DNA of 36,021 nt from Nemertoderma westbladi (GCA_032718475.1 JAUCBJ010001292.1:1-36021), one strand, 5' to 3'; numbered from the stretch's first letter, positions 9,632 through 22,448 are shown. Translations and numbers: made by a program. The notes: generated by a model from the letters alone, not told the origin.

Positions 9632-9911
9632 TATCTTCATTTGAACTGCAATGATCGATTTAGTCGGTGTAGGTAGACGCATTCAAAAAATATTATTTAG
9701 TTTTTGAGATATTTGCGCTAATTGTTAAAGGCTGACGCAATCAATCAGCAAAGTATTGTTGAGGTGAACCACCGCCTACATGTGGGATATATAAATTATT
9801 AATTAAATTGATAACTTGTTTTGAGAGTGTCTTTGTCTCATATTTGATCATCAATCATTGCGGTTCTAATTTTTAGCTGTCAGACTGCATTCATTTCTAG
9901 TTAAATACCTT

Positions 9912-10010
9912 TAGGGGCCATCATTAACTTACGTAACGCAATGGAGGCGGGGGTCCAACCAATCGTCACAATTTGTGGCATAAAAGGGTTCGAAAAAAAC
10001 GTGACATAGA
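9912..10010 (+). mobile_element. Truncated PIF/Harbinger (Tourist-like) MITE end
   Basis: tta|ggggccatcattaacttacgtaacgc resembles the widespread GGGGCCATCCATAAATTACGT terminus after a TTA. Right end decayed. Confidence 0.35.
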
Positions 10011-10253
10011 CATAATTGTCTATATAGTCAAACATATCAAGAAGATTACCAAATCTAAAAACTTTCAGTATGTTGTGTCAACCATATCCTTGGCCTATCA
10101 CCTAAACAGAGCTCCTCTGCTGCTATAAGACTGACCAAACAAAACATAATGGACAAGTTAAACTTGGCAGTAAATTGTGATCTTCTTCAGACACTTACAA
10201 CTATCCATATGCCACCATCATTCGTTTCGCCGATATCGGAAATAGACAGACAC

Positions 10254-12890
10254 GAATCAAAGATTAAGAGCGAATCACGGATAAGTGCGAATCAAGGATA
10301 AGTGCGAATCAAGGCTAAGTGCGAATCAAGGTTAAGTGTGAATCAAGGATAAGTGTGAATCAAGGATAAGTGTGAATCAAGGATAAGTGTGAATCAAGGA
10401 TAAGTGTGAATCAAGGATAAGTGTGAATTAAGGATAAGTGTGAATCAAGGATAAGTGTGAATCAAGGATAAGTGTGAATCAAGGATAAGTGTGAATCAAG
10501 GATAAGTGTGAATCAAGGATAAGTGTGAATCAAGGATAAGTGTGAATCAAGGATAAGTGCGAATCAAGGATAAGTGCAAATCAAGGCTAAGTGCGAATCA
10601 AGGTTAAGTGTGAATCAAGGATAAGTGCGAATCAAGGATAAGTGCGAATCAAGGCTAAGTGCGAATCAAGGTTAAGTGTGAATCAAGGATAAGTGTGAAC
10701 CAAGGATAAGTGTGAATCAAGGATAAGTGTGAATCAAGGATAAGTGTGAATCAAGGATAAGTGTGAATCAAGGATAAGTGCGAATCAAGGATAAGTGCGA
10801 ATCAAGGCTAAGTGCGAATCAAGGTTAAGTGTGAATCAAGGATAAGTGTGAATCAAGGATAAGTGTGAATCAAGGATAAGTGTGAATCAAGGATAAGTGT
10901 GAATCAAGGATAAGTGTGAATTAAGGATAAGTGTGAATCAAGCATAAGTGTTAATCAAGGATAAGTGCGAATCAAGGCTAAGTGCGAATCAAGGTTAAGT
11001 GTGAATCAAGGATAAGTGTGAATCAAGGATAAGTGTGAATCAAGGATAAGTGTGAATCAAGGATAAGTGTGAATCAAGGATAAGTGTGAATCAAGGATAA
11101 GTGTGAATCAAGGATAAGTGTGAATCAAGGTTAAGTGTGAATCAAGGATAAATGCGAATCAAGGATAAGTGTGAATCAAGGATAAGTGTGAATCAAGGAT
11201 AAGTGTGAATCAAGGATAAGTGTGAATCAAGGATAAGTGTGAATCAAGGATAAGTGTGAATCAAGGATAAGTGTGAATCAAGGATAAGTGTGAATCAAGG
11301 ATAAGTGCGAATCAAGGATAAGTGTGAATCAAGGATAAGTGTGAATCAAGGCTAAGTGCGAATCAAGGTTAAGTGTGAATCAAGGATAAGTGTGAATCAA
11401 GGATAAGTGTGAATCAAGGTTAAGTGTGAATCAAGGATAAATGCGAATCAAGGATAAGTGTGAATCAAGGATAAGTGTGAATCAAGGATAAGTGTGAATC
11501 AAGGCTAAGTGCGAATCAAGGTTAAGTGTGAATCAAGGATAAGTGTGAATCAAGGATAAGTGTGAATCAAGGTTAAGTGTGAATCAAGGATAAGTGTGAA
11601 TCAAGGATAAGTGCGAATCAAGGATAAGTGCGAATCAAGGTTAAGTGTGAATCAAGGATAAGTGTGAATCAAGGATAAGTGTGAATCAAGGATAAGTGTG
11701 AATCAAGGATAAGTGCGAATCAAGGATAAGTGCGAATCAAGGCTAAGTGCGAATCAAGGTTAAGTGCGAATCAAGGATAAGTGCGAATCAAGGCTAAGTG
11801 CGAATCAAGGTTAAGTGTGAATCAAGGATAAGTGTGAATCAAGGATAAGTGTGAATCAAGGATAAGTGTGAATCAAGGATAAGTGTGAATCAAGGTTAAG
11901 TGTGAATCAAGGATAAATGCGAATCAAGGATAAGTGCGAATCAAGGTTAAGTGCGAATCAAGGATAAGTGCGAATCAAGGCTAAGTGCGAATCAAGGTTA
12001 AGTGTGAATCAAGGATAAGTGTGAATCAAGGATAAGTGCGAATCAAGGCTAAGTGCGAATCAAGGTTAAGTGTGAATCAAGGATAAGTGTGAATCAAGGA
12101 TAAGTGTGAATCAAGGATAAGTGCGAATCAAGGCTAAGTGCGAATCAAGGTTAAGTGTGAATCAAGGATAAGTGTGAATCAAGGATAAGTGCGAATCAAG
12201 GATAAGTGCGAATCAAGGCTAAGTGCGAATCAAGGTTAAGTGTGAATCAAGGATAAGTGTGAATCAAGGATAAGTGTGAATCAAGGATAAGTGTGAATCA
12301 AGGATAAGTGTGAATCAAGGATAAGTGTGAATCAAGGATAAGTGCGAATCAAGGATAAGTGCGAATCAAGGCTAAGTGCGAATCAAGGTTAAGTGTGAAT
12401 CAAGGATAAGTGTGAATCAAGGATAAGTGTGAATCAAGGATAAGTGTGAATCAAGGATAAGTGTGAATCAAGGATAAGTGTGAATTAAGGATAAGTGTGA
12501 ATCAAGGATAAGTGTGAATCAAGGATAAGTGTGAATCAAGGATAAGTGTGAATCAAGGATAAGTGTGAATCAAGGATAAGTGTGAATCAAGGATAAGTGC
12601 GAATCAAGGATAAGTGCCAATCAAGGCTAAGTGCGAATCAAGGTTAAGTGTGAATCAAGGATAAGTGTGAATCAAGGATAAGTGTGAATCAAGGATAAGT
12701 GTGAATCAAGGATAAGTGTGAATCAAGGATAAGTGTGAATTAAGGATAAGTGTGAATCAAGGATAAGTGTGAATCAAGGATAAGTGTGAATCAAGGATAA
12801 GTGTGAATCAAGGATAAGTGTGAATCAAAGATAAGTGCGAATCAAGGTTAAGTGTGAATCAATTTTATGTGCGAATTAAGGATTAAGTGC
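10254..12890. repeat. 17-bp satellite array GAATCAAGGATAAGTGT, ~155 copies
   Basis: Continuous tandem array with recurrent variants (GGCT, GGTT, GTGC, GAATT) and degenerate terminal units. Confidence 0.98.
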
Positions 12891-13885
12891 ACTCGTAAAA
12901 GTTCAATGGGAACCAGGCTTCTGTTGGGGGGGGGGGGGGGGGGGGTAAAAAGTTAGATAGTTATTGATGTGCGACCTCCCAGCCTTATGGGTAATACCCG
13001 ATAGAGAGAGCCTTCGGGTTGCCTCCGGTGTTGCGTATTTCACTCGTTCACCGCGAAGGAAGACTATTTTATTTGATGCCGTATATTTTTTTCCAAGAAT
13101 TGAATAATCAAAGTTCAAATAATCGATTGAATTTGAAAATTATTTCAAATGGTGAAAAAGGGTTTGATGATTTATTACTGTATCGGTGAATTTTGATCAA
13201 TTTTGGTATCCAAAACTGGTAAAGAAAACATTACCTAAATATATTAGAAATAATGTCATTGAATAATGAATAATAAAACATAATATTGGCGCGACTGTAA
13301 GTTCAAGCATTTAGGGCCTAATTGTTAAAATATAAGCATTTATTTCGAATTATTTAAATATATTTCAGATTATAACCACAGCTAATAATGTTCCGGTATG
13401 CTGATTTGTATTTAGATAAATAAAATTAAGAATAGCCGTGAAACAAAACTATTTCCTGCGCGGTGGTCATAAAATATATATGGAATTAGTTTTATTTAGA
13501 ATTGTGGCTTAGACCCGTATAACGACACCAATATATTGCAATATAACTCGGTCATTAATAATGGCATAGTAACAAAGTATTGGCAAGTTGTATTTTCGAG
13601 GTGTTTTTTTATTATACATTTTGTTATATAAACTGTCCTAGGGGTCTTAATCTTAACCTCGAACGGTAAGTTCTATTTTACGGAAAATAATTAATCTTTT
13701 TTATGTTAAATAGGGAAGGGTGCAGGTTACAGTGCACGTTATTCCAACCAAACATAAAACTTCAATTGAACAATGAACAGGATACAGTTTTATTTTTGAG
13801 AGTAATCAGCTGTTATTTGCGTCGATTTTCCAGTGGAGAGAGATGAATTTGTTTGCGTAGAAAGTTCCCCTATCTGCTCTTTATT

Positions 13886-14147
13886 ATTGGCGCAATTTTA
13901 GAACTAATTAATCCCATCACATATAGATGTTATTGTATCGGCTTCCATCTCGAGGTCCCGGTTTGAATCCGACACCACGCCAATAAGACCCCATAAGGTC
14001 GACGACACACCTCATCGTACGTGGTTTGAAGAGATATGGGATATGAAAAGCAATCATGCAATTAATTCCTAAATTAGTCGTCTACCCAGATTAAAAAGTG
14101 CGCAAGTGATGGGATTAGTCCGTCCTAGGTCCTACAATTGCACCAAA
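13886..14147. mobile_element. Degenerate MITE containing a tRNA-B-box-like (SINE-like) fragment
   Basis: Imperfect inverted ends ttggcgcaatt...taatcccatcac and gtgatgggatta...aattgcaccaa; internal ggtttgaatcc near 13960. Confidence 0.3.
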
Positions 14148-14252
14148 GATATTTCCGGTAAAATAAAACTTATCACGTTCATATAACGAAATTTATAAAC
14201 AATGGCACTATATTACTGTATATGGATTATAAATTGTATTAATTGCTGAATA

Positions 14253-15410
14253 TTATGTATCCATAGAAACAAATAAATTAGGATAAAAAACCAATCCTTG
14301 TATAGATTCATCTCGACAGATTACGTTATGTCTTTCCGCCAATAACAGCCGTTCTTTAGCGAGAACCAATGAGATCCCTATAGTGGCGGCCAATCCTGAG
14401 GCCGATAGATTCCCCGACTTAGCAACCAGCTGTTCCACCTCGCCGACCACGCGCTCGTCGCTATGACTTGTCAGCTGTACGACCACGACCCCGGAATCGA
14501 AAGTCCGCAACGAGAGTGGCAGTTTCAACTGGGCGAACAATCTACACGAGTTGAGCAGATCGTCCGGACTGATCAGCTGAACGCCCCGGGCGCGGTTCAC
14601 GTAGCAGTAGACGTCGGCCAACGCCATGGTACCGCCGAGCTCCCGGATCGGTTCCACCAGCACTCGGCACAGTTCCTTCGCGAGTTCCTTATGGTAGGTA
14701 GTCCCGGAGCCGTGGGTTGCCCTGGTAACCGGGTTCTCCACGCCCAGACTCAGTAGATAGGCTTTAAATTGTACTGTCTCGTCCTCGGATATGGAACCCT
14801 GTCTGTCGGTGATCTTCTTGGCAATGTTATTAGATAGCGCGACCATATCCTTAGCGAACACCATTAATTGGTTGAGATCCTCGAAGGCCTTACTAATATT
14901 AGCTTCGGTTTCCTTTTGGCGTTTCTCAATGTTTCGCTCGATTCCGACAATTCCAGCACGGAGTGGTCGATCCTTTCCGACTCCACCGGGCCCAACTCCC
15001 AGGCCCGCTGATTTCTCCCATTCCCGGTTCTTTAACACTTCCTGTAAGGCTTTCAGGAATTTATTCATTCCGCCGTCTAGGAATCCCAACTGTATGAAAG
15101 CGAACGCGCTGCACCGTACCGGTCCGCTTGGTTTATCGGGAGGAGCGGCGCTCAGATGAATCGAGATTTTAGCGCTGTGGGAGAAAGAACTCGGCGTTGA
15201 TTCCAACTGGAGGGCGTGACTTAATTGCAACGCCATCACCTGGTCGTTGTAAGAAACGTCCTGCCATATGATGCGAAGGTTTGTGAGCGTGCACCGTCCG
15301 CCATCGTAGCCGGATTTTCGATCTCCGTCGTACAATCTAACTCCGGATTGTTGGGAAACTACACGCTCGTTGGCAACTAGTGCATACGACGTCCAGTATA
15401 ACCGATCCAT
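14253..15410 (-). CDS. VPS36: ESCRT-II subunit VPS36/EAP45, 385 aa, intronless
   Basis: MDRLYWT start, GLUE domain GVRLYDGD, GIVGIER...NISKAFEDLNQLM..AKDMV.LS, DETVQFKAYLLSLGVENPVT, YCYVNRARG..LISPDDL, LAKERLLLAE...CRDESIQGLVFYPN. Confidence 0.96.
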   Translation of the reverse strand: MDRLYWTSYALVANERVVSQQSGVRLYDGDRKSGYDGGRCTLTNLRIIWQDVSYNDQVMALQLSHALQLESTPSSFSHSAKISIHLSAAPPDKPSGPVRCSAFAFIQLGFLDGGMNKFLKALQEVLKNREWEKSAGLGVGPGGVGKDRPLRAGIVGIERNIEKRQKETEANISKAFEDLNQLMVFAKDMVALSNNIAKKITDRQGSISEDETVQFKAYLLSLGVENPVTRATHGSGTTYHKELAKELCRVLVEPIRELGGTMALADVYCYVNRARGVQLISPDDLLNSCRLFAQLKLPLSLRTFDSGVVVVQLTSHSDERVVGEVEQLVAKSGNLSASGLAATIGISLVLAKERLLLAERHNVICRDESIQGLVFYPNLFVSMDT

Positions 15411-16978
15411 GTGAGATAGGTTTACTTTACTACCGATAGTAAAGGCCTACCGGTATAGTACGGTAACTAACTAATAAGGCTAATAATAATAAGAAACAAT
15501 TAATTATTGGACTTAATATTGGGATGTTAATAAAGCTTGAAGCTTGATGAGATGATCGCTGAATAAAACCAAAGCGGATAACGCAACTTTTTTGTTATTA
15601 GCGTACTGACGCATTGCTACAATAACATTTTGTATAACATTTTGCTGGCAGGAACTGCTACCGGTACCGGTAGGCCTACAGCTAAACTGTACTTAACATT
15701 TGACAGGAAATATTTTTCAGTTTAGGGAAGGTCAGACCAATGCGTGGGAAATGTTGGAATGAACTTACAACCATTGATCGAACCTTTGGTCTACTATTCT
15801 ATTACTATAGCAAAGTCGACGAAATTATTATATTACATTATCGTCCATTGATTGCAATGATACTGAAACCCATATATTAAAGTAAAACAGATTCCGGTGA
15901 GTTATATTATATTAGGTTGTTGTAGCCAGCGGTGCTGCGAAATCAGAGAAAAGTTTGGTAAGGTGACGATGAATTTTGGCTTCAGAGTCCAGTCCAACAA
16001 GCAAAATTAGAAGAAATAATTAATAATTAATTAAAAATTATTCAAAAAATGTTGCCATTTTCATAACAAAATATATTTAACAGCTGATATAGAAAATATA
16101 CCTGCACCAAAACAAGAAACAAACTGATAATACAAACAAAGAAGATGTGACATCAATTTATTCACTCACCGATTTTATAATAAATAAATACCTGTATAAA
16201 TTTAACAGACAATCAATATAAATAATATATAATAAATAAGTTCCGGGTATATTTAGAAGCTTTTAAGTTGTCCAAGAACATATAACTTAAAATATATACC
16301 TACCATATCAGACCAGACTACTGATAGTAGGGTTAGGAGACCATAACTTAATTGAAAATTAAACCATTTAATGACAAACGCATAAGAAACTGGCCAAATT
16401 GCACTTCAACAGCTGATAGTTACTAAATACTAACGATTCTATTGATTTAATGTAGCACTTTATAGTATAAAACCTAAACACTACTTCACTAAAGAATTGA
16501 CGTTGTATTCAATAATATAATAAGTGGTAAACTTTACTACGATAAAAGCAGCAAAGTAAAGAACGTTTGCATTTTATAACAATAACGTAACTATTTACTG
16601 CATGTGTAACATTCTAATTATCAATATTAATTAAGTGATAGATTACGAGTTAAATATTAAACTTTATTACAAAACGGAAATATTTAATGTAAAAAATGGC
16701 TTAATTTCATAAAAATGTAATGTTAAACAGTGGTTTGGTTAGCTACAGTGGGTTGTAGGTGTGACAGTATACAGATGGGGCTGCTTAGCTTACTCTTATT
16801 AACGGTAGTGTTGTAAAACTATCAGCCAGCTATACAGAGCGGTACATTTGATTATTGATATTATTTGACTACAGTGATAACATGGAAACTGAAAGTAATT
16901 TGTGGTCTACCAGCACCGGACCGGTATGGGTAACGGGGGTGACGGGCGGAACTCTGTGTCATACGGACCCGGAAGTTC

Positions 16979-17349
16979 TCAACCGCCGTAAAAAGTTCTA
17001 CAATGTTAATAATATAAAGTAGATGTATAAGAATGTATCTCTTACCTGTACGGATCACGTAGTCCTGGAAAATTATATTGAAATCGTTAATAAGTCAATT
17101 TTTACGTTTCTAAAAGACCTTATTTTAGAAACATTTTTGCGCAGAAAATATCATATTTTGTAATTTATCTTGTTGCATAATATGAGACCGAGTTACCTGA
17201 CTGCACAATAATCTATAAAAAAGGATCCAGTAACCAAAAACCTCCGACATATTTGTGTACGTTTTGGTAAAATGGGTGAAATATTACAAATTAATAACGA
17301 TAAACTAACGACGCCGTTAGATAAATCTACAATAAACCTCTACTGTCAT
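16979..17349 (-). other. Putative micro-exon gene or spliced small transcript (exons 17349-17338, 17212-17197, 17064-17046, 16997 onward)
   Basis: Chained GT-AG sites GAG|gtttat...ttttttatag|, CAG|gtaact...attttccag| and CAG|gtaaga...attgtag|. The spliced frame from acaccATG gives MTVEIIVQSGLRDPYRTFYGG*. No homology recognised. Confidence 0.35.
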
Positions 17350-17474
17350 GGTGTCTGTGTATCTCGAGTAGAGAATAACTGCGATTTTAAATTAAACTGC
17401 GGGGCACTGTTATGAAAAACGGAAATAATTAATTAATTGTTTGAAAAAACAATGGAATTCATCAGGAGGTCTCC

Positions 17475-20465
17475 TCAGGAGCTGACGAGACTGAACCCGT
17501 GGCCCATATCGATAGTCTTGGGCGGCAACCACCGCAGTTTAACCCGCCGACAACACCGCACGATGGGCGCACAACAGCTGGTAGCGCTGAGACTACAGGG
17601 CACATTGGTAACCCGTAGCAACGGCCAGGTAAACTTGGGGAAGTTGGACTCTGCGTGGATACGGATGTCCGAGTCCGTGGGAAGATGGAACGTAAAGTTA
17701 CCCCAGTCCCTAGAGACGGTGTAAACAGCTGTTATATCGCGGCCTCGTTCGCTCCAGTTAATCTGTAATACACAAATAATATTCGAAGACTCTTTAATAA
17801 TATAATTATATTTATATAAAGCAGAGGTATATTATTATAGAATAAATAAATAAAGCTACTGACCTCGGAGTTGGGTACACAGGAATGCTTGACCCACTCG
17901 TGGGTAAAGTCGCCGATTCGATCGACAGTCGCCCCTTTACACGTCTGTAGGGCCACGTAAGTGCCGGACGTTGCGCGGACCAGTTTGGACCATGCGTGGG
18001 AGTGCGGGGTGTCTACAACAAGGATTAGTCTGGAGTCATCCTGGCCCCCAGCCGGGTGGTGTTTCAACCAGAGACTTAGCAAATCGTTGTATGTGAACTC
18101 TTGAGATCCTAAAACATAATAATAAGATTTAAATTCATATATTTATCCTCGATATATTTTAAATTTAGCCTTTTCTTTCATATGAATATCATTATTAATA
18201 TAATCTGTTATTACTACCCCTAATAAATGTACAGCAACTGGTATCATACCTGTACCGAGAAGCGCCCAGTTGCCGTTTTGGTAAGTTGGTCCGCTGTAGT
18301 AGACGATATAAGTATCAAACATGGGCCCATCTGTTGTCGTACGAGTAAATAAACTCTATAACAATAATTAAGAAAACAAACAAATGTACATCATCGGAAA
18401 TATTTAGTACCAGATGGCATATCAGCAACCAGAATAATTAATTGTCTTTAATACCGAATAGCGCTGTGAGATATACAAGAACCCAACTAAAACGGCGGGT
18501 ACCTTCCAGTTTTAATAAATATACAATTCATTCATTCATTAATTTCATTAATTCCCTGCTTACGCCCCGGTGACTATTTTCTTGAATAAAAGATGATAAT
18601 AAAATGGTCGTACACATGCACTGGTAAAAACTATAATATTATATGAAAACAACTCTTAATTTCATAGTTAGTATGTTCTGTATGTTATAAGAAACTTCTA
18701 AGCTAAAAAGTTACAAAAATAAGAAAGTTACAATATAGTTTGTAAATAAATATATTATAAAATCCAGGTGTGACGTCATAAAGTAATTAAGTTAAGTAAA
18801 CCTGAAGGTATGACGTCATAAAATAATTAAGTAAACCTGAAGGTGTGACGTCAACATATCGCGACTGACACCGGAACTAGAGAAGTCGCAGGAATAAAGG
18901 TCGATCATGTGATGATGGAAGAATCTGTTAACGGAGTTGAGAAGGTCGGTAGAGCGAGTTGTTAGTTCCTGTGAGTAAGTCGGGGGTAGGAGAGTTGTCT
19001 GCGAGTCCGATTCAGCAATCCTAAATAATTATTAACGAAAATAATAAATCATCTATTCATTGATATAAATGCAATTAGTAGTAGTAATAGCCACCCCCCA
19101 AAGCCTAACCAATTACAATGTTTAAATCAAATTAAATAACCTGAATAAAGACGGAGCAATAAGGGCGTATCCGATGCAAGTCCCTCCAATAATGCGACAT
19201 AAATCGTAGAGAAGCCACAAAGCCATAAGTTCGAACGGTAGAACGGTGAGACACAGAGCCATAAAGAGGGGGAAGTTACCCTGCCAGGAGACACCGCCGA
19301 GAATAATGGTGGTAACAGCGGTGAGACAGACAAGTCGCAGAGATATCAGCGAGAAGTGACGCATTCCTCGGGCAGCCAGAATCCGGGTAAAACTGTGTAA
19401 ACTCTCCCCGGTTGAGTCGCTGCCAGTCGAATGGTAGGTGAACCCGCATTCCGATATCTTAGTCATAAATCGCCAACAACTTATCGTGAAAACCACGTGG
19501 AATACGGACCACGCGAACCCGAAGAGAGCGTAGCCGGGTACCGTCAGGTAAAGTTTCTCGGATGAGCTCAAAACAAAGCCGCATGTTACGAGATAAAATA
19601 CCTCGATAAATACAATAAATATGACCACCAATCGCCGTAGGATTGGCCTCCACATAAAGAATTTACCCCATATCTGGAGGACCGTATGGGGCGAAAAATA
19701 AAGATCCATTAGCGGCTCAAATACAACTCGGCCGACAAAGCAGATTAGCGGAAATATACTGGGAGTGATTCCTAGTGCTGGGAAAAACTGAAGTTGGACG
19801 ATCACGAAGAATAAGGCTAAGTGGAGACAGGCTAGAATACACTTCATACGCAGCGCTATAATCGTAATAGCAAAACCCAAAACCAAAACTAAGAAGCAAA
19901 AAAAGTTTGCAGATATAGTTCCAGCAATTATAAACCCTAGGAGTTCGTAGGCTTCACTTTGTTTCAGTACCGACGTACTGTAATTAGCTAAACCAGTTAA
20001 TCGTTCTAGAATACGCCAAAGGGTTTGTAGACCTAAGGAAATCATTACGAGTATGTTTAGAGTAATTTCTTTAATATCCTCTTGGAATCCATCGTGAACC
20101 GTCATAGATATGAACGCCAATAAGCAACCCGTCCAAAGATGGTAGATGGCTGTACTAAGAGTCTCCATACCAAAGTAGTAATGACAAACAAACGCAGATG
20201 GAAAAACAAGAATACTCAGCATAGACAGCATTACAATAGATCGATCTCCATCATTGATTTCCCAGCGGGTATATAAACCCATCCCTATGGCAGCCATCAA
20301 TATCACCGCCGATAAATAGTTTATCGATTTTAACGTAAAGTAAAACTTTAGATCCACCATTCTGATGTGTTGCGGTACAATGTACCTCAATGTAATGGTG
20401 AAGAAAACAAATATTTGGGATAATCGAAGTCTCACTTTTCCTACAATATCTCCAATTGTGTGCAT
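17475..20465 (-). CDS. TMEM168: Transmembrane protein 168, 5 exons, ~715 aa
   Basis: Exons 20465-19141, 19020-18837, 18355-18250, 18108-17864 and 17762-17475, with GT-AG introns in phases 2,0,1,0 that keep the frame. Motifs GLYTRWE, GMRHFSLIS, TLLPP..SQEL..RST, DTYIVYYSG...G.WAL, GDFTHEWV, FHLPTDSDI, WLPP.TID.G.GF.LV. Start codon uncertain (20465 or 20360); alternative in-frame donor at 18255. Confidence 0.92.
18760..18853 (-). repeat. Tandem duplication of the TMEM168 exon 2/intron 2 junction (~35-40-bp unit, 2.5 copies)
   Basis: gtaaacctgaaggt(g/a)tgacgtca at 18831 and 18796, with a partial copy at ~18764. Confidence 0.85.
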
Positions 20466-21004
20466 CGGTAATGAACATTCAAGACAAATATAAATTTAAA
20501 TGTACGGTAAATGGCTTCTTTTAGTATTCAGGCGGTCAGGACTCAGGACAGACAGGACACAGCCAGTACAGGAAGTAGGAAATTTTAAATATGTTTTCAA
20601 GGGAACCACGGTCGCCTACAAAATTAAAATACCGGTAGCGGTAGTACTGTAGTAGCAGCAGTAGTACAACTGTAGTACCGTATCGGCCTCGGCCAGCCAC
20701 TAAGCCAAGTACAGAAGTAACTGACTGACTGACTGCCAGACTGCTGGACTGACTGAGTAACGGTGACACAAACACAGTCATGACAGCTGACTGGCTGACA
20801 CTCCTGACAGCACACCGGTCTGCCGGTAGTGCTGTAGTGCTGTAGTGGCAGAGTGGTGAGTGTGAGTGGTATGTCATATGTACCTATACTGGCACCTGGG
20901 CACTGGCAGACTGGCAGGTATACGACAGTACGAGTCAGCCTGTCAGCCACAGCCAGTCTGCAGTCCACACAGTCAAATCACCATTATTACAGCGGTCAGC
21001 CTAA

Positions 21005-21185
21005 ACACCCAACTACACCCAACTTTCACCCAACTACACCCAACTACACCCAACTTTCACCCAACTACACCCAACTACACCCAACTTTCACCCAACTACA
21101 CCCAACTTTCACCCAACTACACCCAACTTTCAGCCAACTACACCCACACAGTTCCACCCCACTACACCCAACTTCCACTGCACTT
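21005..21185. repeat. 10/11-bp CACCCAACTA/CACCCAACTTT array in the left TIR (inverted copy 25598-25731; third copy ~23240-23450)
   Basis: Direct inspection. Confidence 0.95.
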
Positions 21186-21740
21186 CCACTCTGCATCCAA
21201 CTTACACCAAACTATACCTACTGTATGGCACCAAACTTCCACAAATTACAATATGTACAGTAACAAACTCTTCGAGGAATTGCTGAGATATGAGCTTTTA
21301 AATGTTTCATGTACTGTATGTTGCCCCCACTGCTGAGCAATTATGAAAATAACAAACTAACGTTTTATATTTTTTGCAGGTTGGTTCTAGAATAATTGAT
21401 GAATTTAGCAATAAATATACAAAGGAGAGACGCAGAGACTATTGACGAACGATCCAAGCTACAGTATAAAACTAAACTGGCGCTGTTTGGGATTGTGGTG
21501 AAAATGAAAACGGTATTGATACACAGGGGGGTCACCGTCACAGCCTTAACGACGAAATCGCATTGGAAACTTCTGTTATGGGAATAGCAATGCAGATAAT
21601 TCGTACAAAGTTAATGGACATAAGTTCTATATTATACAGTATGTTTAATGCAATTATAATAATGTAATTATCCTTTATGTATCATAGAATACAAGAAAAA
21701 GAACTGTAACATTATTTTCAGCAGCTTTATTTTAATCTTG

Positions 21741-21990
21741 GGCCCATGTAAACACTTTCTGCCGTTATATATTTAACTTTGCAGTTGCCCCCATGTGAAG
21801 AATCCCAGGTTTTCATTAAAATCACAGGTTACAAAAGGACTGAATCTAACCAAAACAATAAACGAAATTTAGCCGTATCAAAACGAAACGTATCAAAAAG
21901 ATAAATTAAAAAAAATAAAAAATCTTCATACATAAAATTCCAATAAAATGTCGACCGAAAAGTGAAATCCTGGTATTATTCACATGGGCG
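21741..21990. mobile_element. ~250-bp MITE-like insertion in the left arm of the foldback element
   Basis: Absent from the right arm. Inverted repeats cccatgtgaagaatcccaggttttca (21789) and tgaaatcctggtattattcacatggg (ending 21988). Confidence 0.65.
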
Positions 21991-22448
21991 AACTTTATGG
22001 CCTTTATATTAATTAATTTTTAACGAAACAACAGCAATAATTTTAGAACATTTTACATTTTTGATAAACTAAAAGGGGATCTGGTAAGATCTGTACAGGT
22101 CAAGGGAATTTCTGCAAGGAACTTATTATGATCTTCACATACAGGCGATGCCAGAATGGACAAGATCTCTACAGTATGAGAATCGATAAGATCGTTATAC
22201 ATTACAGATCTTACAGTAGTAGAAATAATAATTCATCACACTAGGGTAGAGAATTGCAGACGTTGATCAACGTAATCATATAGACGCGGCTTGTGGTCTC
22301 TAGTACATACTGTACAGTATATGTACAGTAGGATATGACAATATTCAGCTTATTTTATTACAAACAACGAAATGGGAGAAGTGTATTTAATCTTTCAGAC
22401 ATTCCACCCATTCGAAAATCCTCATGTGATCAACATTGAGGTTTCCAA

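Noticed and set aside
9173-9654. ORFs with repeated EGGEYVTDCSDCIVA (CxxC, metal-binding look)
   Set aside because: Translation of the 45-bp minisatellite; near-identical DNA units, non-ATG or internal starts, and a frame break at ~9370.
10254-12890. Possible CRISPR array or telomere
   Set aside because: Head-to-tail monomers with no unique spacers, no cas genes, a eukaryotic context, and not a telomeric-type repeat.
13940-13975. tRNA gene
   Set aside because: Only a B-box/T-loop-like ggtttgaatcc; no cloverleaf can be formed.
17317-17349. SelW/Rdx-like start MTVEVYC in the unspliced frame
   Set aside because: Ends in TAA after 10 codons with no CxxU/CxxC, and no SECIS was recognised.
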